DNA of 64,000 bases, taken from NCBI GenBank assembly GCA_034669905.1, contig JAXMOL010000015.1, positions 32,001 through 96,000 on the forward strand, in the 5' to 3' direction. Within the stretch, counting starts at the first letter, position 1, and each line of letters opens with the position of its first letter. A program made the position numbers and the translations under genes. The notes beneath the pieces are model-generated. The model saw only the letters and a program-made list of their open reading frames with translations. It made no database searches and was not told the origin of the DNA. Below, one piece after another: positions 1 through 9,554 of this stretch. Origin of the DNA: Candidatus Hydrogenedentota bacterium. GTDB taxonomy: Bacteria; Hydrogenedentota; Hydrogenedentia; Hydrogenedentales; JAEUWI01.

Positions 1-302
1 TCACCCGAATAGACCTTCAGGGGCTGACTCGAAAAGTCGACCTTGGTGACCGTCTTGTATTCGAAGCGCGTGCCGAAACGTTCGGCCTGCTTTTTGAAAT
101 CCACCATCATCTGCGGACCATCGATACCATCGGGGTAGCCGGGGTAGTTTTCCACTTCCGTCGTGGTCATCAGCTGGCCGCCGGGAAGGATGTCTTTGCT
201 CAATTCACCCTCGAGACAAAGCGGGTTCAAATCGGCCCGGGCTGTGTAGAGGGCCGCGGTATAGCCGGCCGGACCGGAACCGATGATAATCACGTTTTCC
301 AT
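1..302 (-). CDS. trxB: Thioredoxin-disulfide reductase, N-terminal part (runs off window)
   Basis: Manual translation MENVIIIGSGPAGYTAALYTARADLNP...GGQLMTTTEVENYPGYP, the TrxB FAD-binding start; ATG at 302. Confidence 0.93.
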   Translation of the reverse strand, partial: MENVIIIGSGPAGYTAALYTARADLNPLCLEGELSKDILPGGQLMTTTEVENYPGYPDGIDGPQMMVDFKKQAERFGTRFEYKTVTKVDFSSQPLKVYSG

Positions 303-487
303 AGCTTCTTAACTCCAATAGGCTCAAAAAAGGAAGGCTTAGCGCCCTATCATAGCAAATTACCCGGTGCGGGACGTAGCCACGTTCCGAGACGACCGCT
401 CCCCCATCACGCAGGACACCAATTTATACCATATCTAAATAACCAAATTCCATGTGCCCGACGTGCAAAGGAAATCCCGAAGAAAAC

Positions 488-517
488 TTGCACCCCGTCC
501 CCGCCAAATACTATACT
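488..517 (+). promoter_or_regulatory. Putative sigma70 promoter of tRNA-His
   Basis: TTGCAC(488-493)-N18-TATACT(512-517), about 60 nt before the tRNA. Confidence 0.5.
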
Positions 518-578
518 TCTCTCTCTATTCAGCATGTCGCCCATTTCATGTGCGTGACACGCCGGATAGACCTATTAT

Positions 579-655
579 GCCTGGGTAGCTCAGTCGGTTA
601 GAGCGCTGGATTGTGGATCCAGAGGTCGACGGTTCGACCCCGTCCTCAGGTACCA
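579..655 (+). tRNA. tRNA-His(GUG), atypical acceptor end
   Basis: Acceptor stem GCCTGGG/CTCAGGT, D arm AGCTCAGTCGGTTAGAGC, anticodon stem CTGGA/TCCAG with GTG at 613-615, T loop GGTTCGA, encoded CCA at 653-655. Confidence 0.96.
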
Positions 656-664
656 TTACACATT

Positions 665-704
665 AAGCGGAAACATCGTCCTATGTCGGTGTTTCCGCTT
701 TTTT
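665..704 (+). terminator. Rho-independent terminator after tRNA-His
   Basis: AAGCGGAAACATCG...CGGTGTTTCCGCTT stem followed by a T tract. Confidence 0.8.
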
Positions 705-940
705 GTGTGACCACCATCGGGGCTCGAAGACGTCCCGATTCGCCTGGAAAAGGCCCGACGCCCCCATCCATTGAGACGTCGCACACTCGGCACGACTTTG
801 CCCAATGCCCGCCGATAGCACAGGGCCCGTTATTCCACGATTCGTGCTATCCACGGCAGACGTGTATGATAGGGAGACCTTCGAACGCGCGCTCTTACCC
901 CATGCGGGCATCACTCCCAACCCATCCCGGAAAGGAATTC

Positions 941-2872
941 ATGCACGAAAGCAACACACGACGGACGGCCGTCCGACACGATGTGACGCGGTTGAGCGAG
1001 GACGATATTCACTGGCTGAACGAGGGCAGCCACTTCCGTTTATACGACAAACTTGGCGCCCACCCCATGACCGCGTCCGATGGCACGGAGGGGGTCTACT
1101 TCGCCGTTTTTGCGCCCCATGCCCACGCGGTTTCGGTCTTCGGCAGCTTTAACGACTGGAACAAGGACGCATCCATGTTGCGCCTTCGGGATGATTCGGG
1201 CGTCTGGGAAGGCTTCGTGCCAGACACCGGGCGCGGGGCAACCTACAAGTTCCACATCTGGGGCCAACACGACGGCTTCGAAGCCGACAAGGCCGATCCC
1301 TATGGATTCCGCCACGATGGTGCCCCGTCCAACGCCTCCATCGTCTGGCCATTGGATCACGCATGGGACGATGAGGACTGGATGGCAAACCGCCAGACCC
1401 AGGCCACACAGCCAACCCCCGTGTCGATCTATGAGGTCCATCTGGGCTCGTGGATGCGCGACGAGGACAACGCGTTCCTTAACTACCGCGAGATAGCGGA
1501 TCGCCTTGCCGCCTACACGGTCGAGATGGGCTTCACCCATGTGGAAATCATGCCGGTCACTGAGCATCCTTTCTATGCGTCGTGGGGCTATCAATCCACG
1601 GGCTATTTCGCCCCCACCAGTCGATACGGAACACCCCAGGATTTCATGTACTTCGTCGACTGTATGCACCAGCATGGCATCGGCGTGATTCTGGATTGGG
1701 TCCCCGGACACTTTCCCAGCGATGCCCATGGACTCGGCTACTTCGACGGTACCCACCTCTATGAACATCCCGACCCGCGCCGGGGCATCCACCCCGAATG
1801 GCAGAGTTTCGTCTTTGACTACGAGCGGCCGGAGGTGCAGAGCCTCCTCTTCAGCAACGCGTTTTTCTGGGCCGATAAGTACCACGTGGACGGCTTCCGG
1901 GTAGACGCCGTGTCCTCCATGCTCTACTTGAATTACAGCCGGGAAGACGGCGATTGGATTCCCAATCAGTATGGTGGGCAGGAAAACCTGGAGGCCGTGG
2001 CCTTCTTCCGACGCTTCCACGCCGAACTGGCCACACGCTATCCCGATGTCCGCTCTTTCGCGGAAGAGTCCACGGCGTGGCCCATGGTTTCCCGACCGGG
2101 CTATCTGGGGGGACTGGGTTTTGATTATAAGTGGGACATGGGCTGGATGAACGACACCCTGTCCTACTTTAAGCAGGATCCCATTTACCGAAAATTCTAT
2201 CAGCAGAAACTGACTTTTCGGATGATGTATGCTTTCAGCGAAAACTATGTGCTCCCCTTGTCCCATGATGAAGTCGTTCATGGTAAGGGGTCCTTGCTCG
2301 CACGGATGCCGGGCGACTATGGTCAGAAGTTTGCCAACCTGAAAGTCTTGTTGGGTAACCAGTACCTGCAGCCCGGCAAGAAGATGCTCTTTATGGGCAG
2401 CGAGTTGGCCCAGTGGAATGAGTGGAATCACGACACCTCGCTGGATTGGAACCTGCTCGATTACCCGGCCCACGCGGGCGTCCAACAATGGGTAAAAGAC
2501 CTGAACCGACTCTACCGAAGCGAATCGGCGCTCCATGAGCAGGACAGTTCTCCCGACGGTTTCGAATGGATAGATTGCCTGGACAACGACAACAGCGTCA
2601 TCAGCTTCCTCCGCAAGGGGCGTGATGGACGCACCCTGTTCCTGGCGATCTTCAACCACACCCCCTTGCCGCGGCACGACTACTGCGTGGGCGTTCCCCG
2701 GGGCGGGTTCTGGCAAGAGGTGCTCAACAGCGACGCAACATGTTACGGTGGAGCGGGTTCAGGGAACCTGGGCGGCGTGGAGTCGATGGCGGTGCCCAAT
2801 CACCACCACCCGTGCTCCGTGGCACTTACCTTGCCCCCGTTGAGTTGCGTGGTGTTAAAGTCGATTATGTAA
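941..2872 (+). CDS. glgB: 1,4-alpha-glucan branching enzyme (GH13)
   Basis: IYEVHLGSW, SWGYQ, DWVPGHF, RVDAVSSMLY, AEEST, LSHDEVVHGKGSL motifs; AAAGGA RBS before ATG 941. Confidence 0.96.
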   Translation: MHESNTRRTAVRHDVTRLSEDDIHWLNEGSHFRLYDKLGAHPMTASDGTEGVYFAVFAPHAHAVSVFGSFNDWNKDASMLRLRDDSGVWEGFVPDTGRGATYKFHIWGQHDGFEADKADPYGFRHDGAPSNASIVWPLDHAWDDEDWMANRQTQATQPTPVSIYEVHLGSWMRDEDNAFLNYREIADRLAAYTVEMGFTHVEIMPVTEHPFYASWGYQSTGYFAPTSRYGTPQDFMYFVDCMHQHGIGVILDWVPGHFPSDAHGLGYFDGTHLYEHPDPRRGIHPEWQSFVFDYERPEVQSLLFSNAFFWADKYHVDGFRVDAVSSMLYLNYSREDGDWIPNQYGGQENLEAVAFFRRFHAELATRYPDVRSFAEESTAWPMVSRPGYLGGLGFDYKWDMGWMNDTLSYFKQDPIYRKFYQQKLTFRMMYAFSENYVLPLSHDEVVHGKGSLLARMPGDYGQKFANLKVLLGNQYLQPGKKMLFMGSELAQWNEWNHDTSLDWNLLDYPAHAGVQQWVKDLNRLYRSESALHEQDSSPDGFEWIDCLDNDNSVISFLRKGRDGRTLFLAIFNHTPLPRHDYCVGVPRGGFWQEVLNSDATCYGGAGSGNLGGVESMAVPNHHHPCSVALTLPPLSCVVLKSIM

Positions 2873-2951
2873 ATCGCCCCACCCCGATTCGTTGAAGTGA
2901 ATTCGACGCCCCGCCACGGGCGTTCAGATTAAATGCCGAGGAGTACGATGT

Positions 2952-4916
2952 ATGGCGGATGGCAAACTCACCGGGCGCCTGTCCATGGAAAAGAAAGTGG
3001 CCGCAACCTTGCGCCGCTTGCTACCCCGTCTGGAGGAGCGTTTCAAGCCCCATGTAGAACCGGACGAATGGCAGGGCTTTGAAGAACGTCTGCGGCGAAA
3101 TTTCCCCCAGCTTTTTGAAGGGCTCCATTTTCTCTATGGCGATGCCTACGATTTCTTTTTCCATGTGGAAAGCATCCTCGTTTCCGCGACCCACCTGTGG
3201 CTCGAGCGCCCCAGCGAATTAAAGGCCCTGGATGCCTTGCGGGAATATGACCCCCAGTGGTACCAGTCCAATCGCATGGTGGGTGCCATGTGCTATGTGG
3301 ACCTTTTTTCGGACGACCTCCAGGGGCTCATCGACCAGATCCCCTATTTGACCGAACTCGGGATCACCTACCTCCATCTCATGCCCCTTTTCGAGTCCCC
3401 CGAAGGGGACAACGATGGGGGTTATGCGGTGAGCAGCTATCGATCGGTAAACCCCGAACTCGGCACGATGGAAGATTTACAACGGCTTGCCACGGAACTG
3501 CGTCACCGGGGCATCTCGCTGGTGCTCGATTTTGTCTTCAACCACACCTCCGATGAGCACGAATGGGCCCAGAAAGCCCTCGCAGGTGACGAAGACTACC
3601 AGCATTACTATCTCATGTTCCCCGATCGGACCATGCCCAATGCCTACGAAGCCAGCATTCGCGCCGTATTCCCCGATGAGATCCCCGGGTGTTTCAGTTA
3701 CCGGACCAGTATCAAAAAGTGGGTCTGGACCTCCTTCTACAACTTCCAGTGGGACCTCAATTACGAGAACCCGGAAGTGTTCGTCGGCATGATGGAGTCC
3801 ATGCTCTTCCTCGCCAATCAGGGCGTGGAAGTCTTGCGTCTTGATGCCATCGCCTTTACCCGCAAGGAATTGGGCACCGGCTGTCAGAACCTGCCGGGAG
3901 CCCATGTTATCGTCCAGGCATTCAATGCGCTGAAAAATATTGCGGCACCGGCCATGGCCTTTAAGTCGGAGGCCATTGTCCATCCCGATGAAGTGCGCAA
4001 ATACATCAGCAAAGAAGAGTGTGAGCTCTCCTACAATCCCCAACTCATGTCCCTCTTGTGGGAGGCCCTGGCCACCCAGGACACCCGCGTGCTGCGCCGC
4101 TCCATGGAACGTGGCTTTGCTATCGACCCCAAGGCCTCGTGGGTGAATTACGTGCGGTGTCACGACGATATCGGGTGGGGCTTCGCCGATGAAGACGTGG
4201 CCGCCGTGGGCTTCGACCCCGTTCAGCACCGCCGCTTCCTCTCCGAATTCTACACCGGGAAATTTGCTGGTTCCTTCGCTTCGGGTGAGCCCTTTCAAGA
4301 GGACAAAGAAACCGGCGAAGCGCGTGTCTCTGGCACCTGTGCTTCTCTGGCCGGTCTTGAAAAAGCCATCGCAGAAAACAACGAAGAGGCCATCGAGTGG
4401 GCAATCCGGCGCATCCTCCTGCTCCATGGCGTGGTGATGACCATTGGCGGCATTCCCCTGATTTACCTGGGCGATGAACTGGGTATGCTCAACAACTACA
4501 CCTACAAGGAGTCCCCCGACAAGATGGGAGACTCCCGCTGGCTCCACCGCATGCGCTTCGATTGGGAGGCCTCCGAGCGACGGGGCGACTTCGAAAGCAT
4601 CGAAGGACGAATCTACGGCGGCTTCTCCCGGCTGGTCCAACTACGCCGACAAAACCTGGCCTTCAGCCGCGCCGAAACGGAATTCGTGGAAAGTGGCAAC
4701 GCCCATGTCTTTGCCTATTTCCGCACCCATGAAAGCCTCAGCGTCCTGGTCATGGCCAACTTCAGCAACAAAGAGCAGGCCATTGAAGCCTGGCGCCTCC
4801 GCCAGTTGGGACTCCGAAAGACCATGGTCGACCTGGTCTCCGGAAAGATGGTGGTAGCCGCTCGGGAATTGGTCCTCGAGCCCTATGACTTTTGCATCTG
4901 GGCGCGACCAACCTGA
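2952..4916 (+). CDS. Amylosucrase-like GH13 transglucosidase
   Basis: DGGYAVSSY, VFNHTSDEH, FQWDLNY, RLDAIAF, FKSEAIV, RCHDDIGW, SGTCASLAG, DSRWLHR motifs. Confidence 0.87.
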   Translation: MADGKLTGRLSMEKKVAATLRRLLPRLEERFKPHVEPDEWQGFEERLRRNFPQLFEGLHFLYGDAYDFFFHVESILVSATHLWLERPSELKALDALREYDPQWYQSNRMVGAMCYVDLFSDDLQGLIDQIPYLTELGITYLHLMPLFESPEGDNDGGYAVSSYRSVNPELGTMEDLQRLATELRHRGISLVLDFVFNHTSDEHEWAQKALAGDEDYQHYYLMFPDRTMPNAYEASIRAVFPDEIPGCFSYRTSIKKWVWTSFYNFQWDLNYENPEVFVGMMESMLFLANQGVEVLRLDAIAFTRKELGTGCQNLPGAHVIVQAFNALKNIAAPAMAFKSEAIVHPDEVRKYISKEECELSYNPQLMSLLWEALATQDTRVLRRSMERGFAIDPKASWVNYVRCHDDIGWGFADEDVAAVGFDPVQHRRFLSEFYTGKFAGSFASGEPFQEDKETGEARVSGTCASLAGLEKAIAENNEEAIEWAIRRILLLHGVVMTIGGIPLIYLGDELGMLNNYTYKESPDKMGDSRWLHRMRFDWEASERRGDFESIEGRIYGGFSRLVQLRRQNLAFSRAETEFVESGNAHVFAYFRTHESLSVLVMANFSNKEQAIEAWRLRQLGLRKTMVDLVSGKMVVAARELVLEPYDFCIWARPT

Positions 4917-4993
4917 TATAACGCGAGTGGTTTGATTCAAGATGATGAGTCATCGTTACGGCCACCTGAATTTCCTAAGTTATTGAGGATTAC

Positions 4994-5072
4994 TCCCCTC
5001 CTTGGAGGGGCCGGGGGTGGGTCAATGCCCGAAAGAAGGCCCAACCCACCCCTAATCCCTCCCAGGAGGGGA
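4994..5072. repeat. Intergenic nested palindromic element (family D)
   Basis: TCCCCTCCTTGGAGGGG-CCGGGGGTGGGT...ACCCACCCCTAAT-CCCTCCCAGGAGGGGA inverted arrangement. Confidence 0.7.
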
Positions 5073-5167
5073 ATTCATTTCCAATTTTCCCACAGGCTCA
5101 AGCGAACTTAATCGTTCACAATGCTACTTCACACAACGAGAATAGCGGAGCTGGGACGAAGGGCACT

Positions 5168-7558
5168 ATGAACGCTTGCAGCGCATGGTTAGGAAACCGC
5201 CTCGACACCATTCAGAAAAACCACCAGGTCGGCATGTCCCTGGCACTGACGCTGCTGATCGTGACCAGCGTGTTCGCTTCCGGGACGGAAGGACAACCAC
5301 GGCGGAACCCATCCGTACCGTCGATTGGTGCAAAAAACCTGATTCCGAACAGCAGCTTTGAGCTCGGTACGGACCACTGGTCATCGCTGGGAACGCCGAC
5401 GGTCAGTGGCGGTGACCTCTGTGGCCTGGTTGGCACCCTCGAAGCAGGCAACGCCTACGACGGCGATCACTGTCTCCGAATCGATTTGGGCCCGGGCAAG
5501 ACGCCCGTGACCCACTCGGATTACACGTTGGGCGCTTCCACCACGACGATACAAGCTGCGCCGCGGGCCGCAACCCTCGGTTGGATGGACGTATCCCCCG
5601 GCACAAGCTACACCCTGTCGGCCTGGATGCGCGCCAATCGGGACGATGTGCCCGCCGATCTCGTGTTTCGATTCGGTGGCGAGATCAACAGTCGCTTCGG
5701 AAGTAACACCCACACCGAGCGCGTAACCCTGACCACGAAATGGGCCCGTTATTCCTTTTCCATGAAGGCTGAACACCCCGACGTATACGTAGCCGTTGGG
5801 CCCAACCTCCTCAACACGCCCGACGCATCGGCAACGGTATGGATCGACGCCGTTCAACTGGAAGTAACGCCCGGCTCACCCGATGACGACGAGGTTGTAG
5901 CGACCGACTATGCCCCCCGCGAAGCGGTGGAAATCGGCATAAATAGCGGACACTATGGAAATCTCTTCGACCGCCAGGACCCCACAGGCTTCACCGTCGT
6001 GGGCCTCAACAATACGGCCAACCCTGCCCGCGTCGAATTGCGCGTCGAACTGGAAGACTACTTCGGCGAGCGGGGTGCCATGACGGCCCATGTGTTGGAC
6101 CTGCCTGCGAGGCAGCGCGCCACCACCTTCCTCCCCCTGACGGTGCCGGGCACCGGCTACTATCGCGCCCATCTTTCGTGGTCGGCCAACAGTGTGCTGC
6201 ACACGCGCACGATCAAATTCGCGATAATCGATACCTACCCGTGGGAAGACAGCATCTTTGGCCTCAACCACGCCCCCACCACGAAGGAAGCCTGCGCCCA
6301 ATTGCGCAAAGGCGGAACCCTCTGGGCGCGCGATTGGTCGGCGAAATGGGAATCGGTCGAAGCGACGGAAGGTGCCTATGACTATACGGAACTGGACCGT
6401 CAGGTGGACCGTATCGCCGCCAACGGCATGCTCCCCCAATTCCTCCTACCGCCCCAGCCATCCGCGGCCTGGGCTTCGGAAGCACCCGAAGGGGACCTTC
6501 GCCCCGTGGAGCGCACCGGCTATGCGCCGAAGCCCGCGCACCGCGAACAACTCCACCAGTTTATCGCGGCGACGGTGACCCGCTACCAGGATCGCGTTAC
6601 CTATTGGGAGTTTCTCAACGAGCCCCTCTGGGTGCCGTGGTACTGCCTCCCCGGAAGCGGCGGCTACACGGTGGATACCTATATCGATTTGCTGAAGGGG
6701 GCTTCGGCCGCCATGAAGGCCGCCGACCCCGATTGCAAAGTGCTCGGCGGACTTTCCATCATGGCCCAGAGCGAATTGGGTGATGAGTTTATCGAGAAAG
6801 GCGGGCTGGCCTATGTGGACATCTACAACCTCCACCCCTATCCAGAAGGGACCGGACCCGAATCCTTTATCCCTTCCATGGAACGCATCCAGGCCACGAT
6901 GGCGGCCCACGGCGGCCCGAAACCTATCTGGGCGACGGAATTGAGCTACTGGGCGACCGATGACAAACCCTGGTCTCCCTGGACGCCACCCAACACGTCC
7001 CATTGGTCCGCGAATCGCCAACAGGCGAGTGAACGGGAAGCCGCGGACTTCAATATCCGCCAGTCCGTCATCCTGTTGGCCCATGGCGTAGAGAAAATCT
7101 TCTGGCACTCCGGTCTTGAGGGGGAAGTCAACGTAGGCAGTATGGATCTGGAAAATCCCCTGCTCGATCCCGAGGCCGTGCCTCAGAAGTTCTTCGCAGC
7201 CCAGGCAGCCCTGGTCAACTTGCTCGGCCCGGCACCGACTTTCGTCGCGCCACTCCAGAAGCCCGATGCCGTGGAGAATCATAAGACAGACAAGGTCCAC
7301 GGCTATGCCTTCGAGGGCCCCAAGGGCGCCGTCCTGATTGCCTGGTCACCCGGCGTCCTCAACACGGGCAAACCGGGTGCGGGTGGCGTGATCCACCTCG
7401 GCGAATCGCCTGTCTACTTCACGTCCACTATCCTGACGGCGAAAGCCCTTGCAAGCGCCGGAACCCTGGCCTACAGCAACGCCTTCAACGGCTGGACTAT
7501 CACCATGCCCGAGGATGTGGACGCCTTCACCCTGGTAGGGACACCGTTGGGACGATGA
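5168..7558 (+). CDS. Secreted carbohydrate-binding module plus clan GH-A-like glycoside hydrolase
   Basis: Signal peptide; NLIPNSSFE...VWIDAVQLE CBM4/9-like domain; WEFLNEP acid/base, NLHPY, IWATE nucleophile; start may be 5234. Confidence 0.72.
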   Translation: MNACSAWLGNRLDTIQKNHQVGMSLALTLLIVTSVFASGTEGQPRRNPSVPSIGAKNLIPNSSFELGTDHWSSLGTPTVSGGDLCGLVGTLEAGNAYDGDHCLRIDLGPGKTPVTHSDYTLGASTTTIQAAPRAATLGWMDVSPGTSYTLSAWMRANRDDVPADLVFRFGGEINSRFGSNTHTERVTLTTKWARYSFSMKAEHPDVYVAVGPNLLNTPDASATVWIDAVQLEVTPGSPDDDEVVATDYAPREAVEIGINSGHYGNLFDRQDPTGFTVVGLNNTANPARVELRVELEDYFGERGAMTAHVLDLPARQRATTFLPLTVPGTGYYRAHLSWSANSVLHTRTIKFAIIDTYPWEDSIFGLNHAPTTKEACAQLRKGGTLWARDWSAKWESVEATEGAYDYTELDRQVDRIAANGMLPQFLLPPQPSAAWASEAPEGDLRPVERTGYAPKPAHREQLHQFIAATVTRYQDRVTYWEFLNEPLWVPWYCLPGSGGYTVDTYIDLLKGASAAMKAADPDCKVLGGLSIMAQSELGDEFIEKGGLAYVDIYNLHPYPEGTGPESFIPSMERIQATMAAHGGPKPIWATELSYWATDDKPWSPWTPPNTSHWSANRQQASEREAADFNIRQSVILLAHGVEKIFWHSGLEGEVNVGSMDLENPLLDPEAVPQKFFAAQAALVNLLGPAPTFVAPLQKPDAVENHKTDKVHGYAFEGPKGAVLIAWSPGVLNTGKPGAGGVIHLGESPVYFTSTILTAKALASAGTLAYSNAFNGWTITMPEDVDAFTLVGTPLGR

Positions 7559-7663
7559 CGGGCCCCACCGGGTCACCATTGAAAAGTGAAGAGAAATCCC
7601 GTCACACTGTGGGGGTATTTGTAGTTACCTTTTCAAGGCGAGCCTTAACGCCGCCGAACCCCG

Positions 7664-9322
7664 ATGGATTCTCCCGTGTATTTTCATCCCCGTTTCTCCG
7701 CGACACCTTCCCGCCCGCTCCAGGGCACCCTTTCGGCAATTGCGCTCCTGCTCCTCCTTCCCCTGTGTGCAACGGCTGACACCAAGTACCCCCAGGCCAA
7801 CCCGGCCCTGGCGGACTTCCGCATCCTGCCCTATTTACAGGCGCCTTCCAGCACGGGAATGCACATCAACTGGTTCACCACCGCCGCCGAGTCGGGCACG
7901 CTGGTGGTCAAAGACGGCGCCTCGGGCACCACGGTGCGCACCCTGCGGAGCACACCGGAAGATCTCTCGGAGGCCCGTTATTCGGCGTTGGAAGAATCGG
8001 AACGCAGTGACTTCCCCGACATGTTCGACAATGCCAGTGTGAAGCACGCCATCCAGGTGAAAGGCCTCACGGCCGATACCGCCTATGCCTATGAAGTCAC
8101 CCAGGGAAACAGTACCTTTCGCGGCACCTTCAAGACGGCCCCCTTGCCCGACACGCGGCGTCCTTTACGGCTCATCGCCTTTGCCGATTCTGAGACCGAC
8201 CCCGACGGGCGACACACCTACCGCAACTGGGAGCCGGCCAAACAACACACGGACAGCACGGGCCGTCCGCAAGAAATCACCAAGTATCTGGTAACCGAAA
8301 CCCGGGGCTTCATTGAAAACATCAGGGTTATCGAATCACGCAAACCGGACCTGGTGCTCATGGCGGGCGACCTCGTCCAGGGCGGCGGCTACCAACGGGC
8401 GTGGGATGAATTTTTCTTCCACCTCGCGGGCAAATTTGACGACCTCATGACCCACACGCCCCTCCTCATGGCCCTGGGCAATTGGGAAACCTTTGGCGCG
8501 CGGAACGGCGAGTATGCCCCTGAAGCCATCCACAAGAGCCGTCGCAAATCCCTCGCCTACATCGATGGGCCGCCCAACAACAACCCGAACTATAAAGATG
8601 CCTACTATCGCGTGGACTACGGCCCCGTCACCGTCCTGACCCTGGATTCCTGTAATGGCCTGCCCGACGATACGGACTTTGACACCAACATCAACATCGA
8701 CGCGGCCACCTACCCGGGCGACGATATGCCCGACATGAACCAGGGATCCGATCAGTGGAACTGGTGCATGGCCCAACTGGAAGACGCCCGGGAACGGGGC
8801 CAGATCATCTTTGTCCAGTTTCACCACGTGCCCTACTCCAGCGGCGGACATATCCTGCCCGTCTCCATGGAAAACAGCAGTGGTCAGGCCGGCCTCCCCA
8901 TGCGGATCTATACCCCGGCCTTCCAACGCTACGGCGTGGTGGCTGTGCTCTGCGGACACAACGAAACCTTCGAGCGCTCGCTGGTGGGCGACGTGATATT
9001 TTATGATGCCGGGGTCGCCGGCGACGGACTTGGGGCACCGGAGAGTGAAAAAGATCCCCGTTGCGCCAACCCCTGGCAGGCCTGGATTGCCCACGACGAT
9101 GACCCGGAATTGTGGAACGGCAAGCAGCTTGTAGACGGCGGACGCCACTATGGCCACGTGGAAATCGACATCACCCCCGACGACACGGGCTGGAACGTAT
9201 CCCTGACGCCTGTGTATATCTTTCCCGTCAATGATGAGGAAGGCAACGTAACCGGCTTTGAGCGACGGGTCTACGATGATGTGGTGACCCTCCATACGAA
9301 CCGCGAAGGGCGTAAGAAGTAG
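7664..9322 (+). CDS. Secreted purple-acid-phosphatase-like metallophosphoesterase
   Basis: Signal peptide, FN3-like N-domain, FADS, AGDLV, LGNWE, FHHVPY, CGHNE motifs. Confidence 0.82.
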   Translation: MDSPVYFHPRFSATPSRPLQGTLSAIALLLLLPLCATADTKYPQANPALADFRILPYLQAPSSTGMHINWFTTAAESGTLVVKDGASGTTVRTLRSTPEDLSEARYSALEESERSDFPDMFDNASVKHAIQVKGLTADTAYAYEVTQGNSTFRGTFKTAPLPDTRRPLRLIAFADSETDPDGRHTYRNWEPAKQHTDSTGRPQEITKYLVTETRGFIENIRVIESRKPDLVLMAGDLVQGGGYQRAWDEFFFHLAGKFDDLMTHTPLLMALGNWETFGARNGEYAPEAIHKSRRKSLAYIDGPPNNNPNYKDAYYRVDYGPVTVLTLDSCNGLPDDTDFDTNINIDAATYPGDDMPDMNQGSDQWNWCMAQLEDARERGQIIFVQFHHVPYSSGGHILPVSMENSSGQAGLPMRIYTPAFQRYGVVAVLCGHNETFERSLVGDVIFYDAGVAGDGLGAPESEKDPRCANPWQAWIAHDDDPELWNGKQLVDGGRHYGHVEIDITPDDTGWNVSLTPVYIFPVNDEEGNVTGFERRVYDDVVTLHTNREGRKK

Positions 9323-9554
9323 TCATAGCGAATGCGGGGACTGCACCGACGTGGACATGTCATGGAACCAGCTCGACGTTGGGGCAAGACAAGAGCACTC
9401 TCCCCACACCGACTGTTGATGACCGTCGGGGCTCTCCCCCTCCCCCCGCACCCCATCTCCCATTTTACTTTCTCCCGGTCGTGATCTATCATGTCCGGAT
9501 TCTCATTTTATGGCAGTCTTCCCCCTTGCGGGGCCTATGGAGAGGCACAACACT

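Noticed and set aside
611..940. N-terminal extension of the glgB ORF
   Set aside because: Overlaps tRNA-His and its terminator; the RBS and homology begin at ATG 941.
579..940. tRNA as a genomic-island attachment site
   Set aside because: No integrase nearby and no duplicated tRNA 3' end noticed in the window.
1040..2716. 558-aa minus-strand ORF and similar long antisense ORFs (3477-4640, 9633-10865, 14190-15437, 27591-29345, 61963-63612)
   Set aside because: Shadow frames of well-supported genes in GC-rich DNA; no recognisable motifs.
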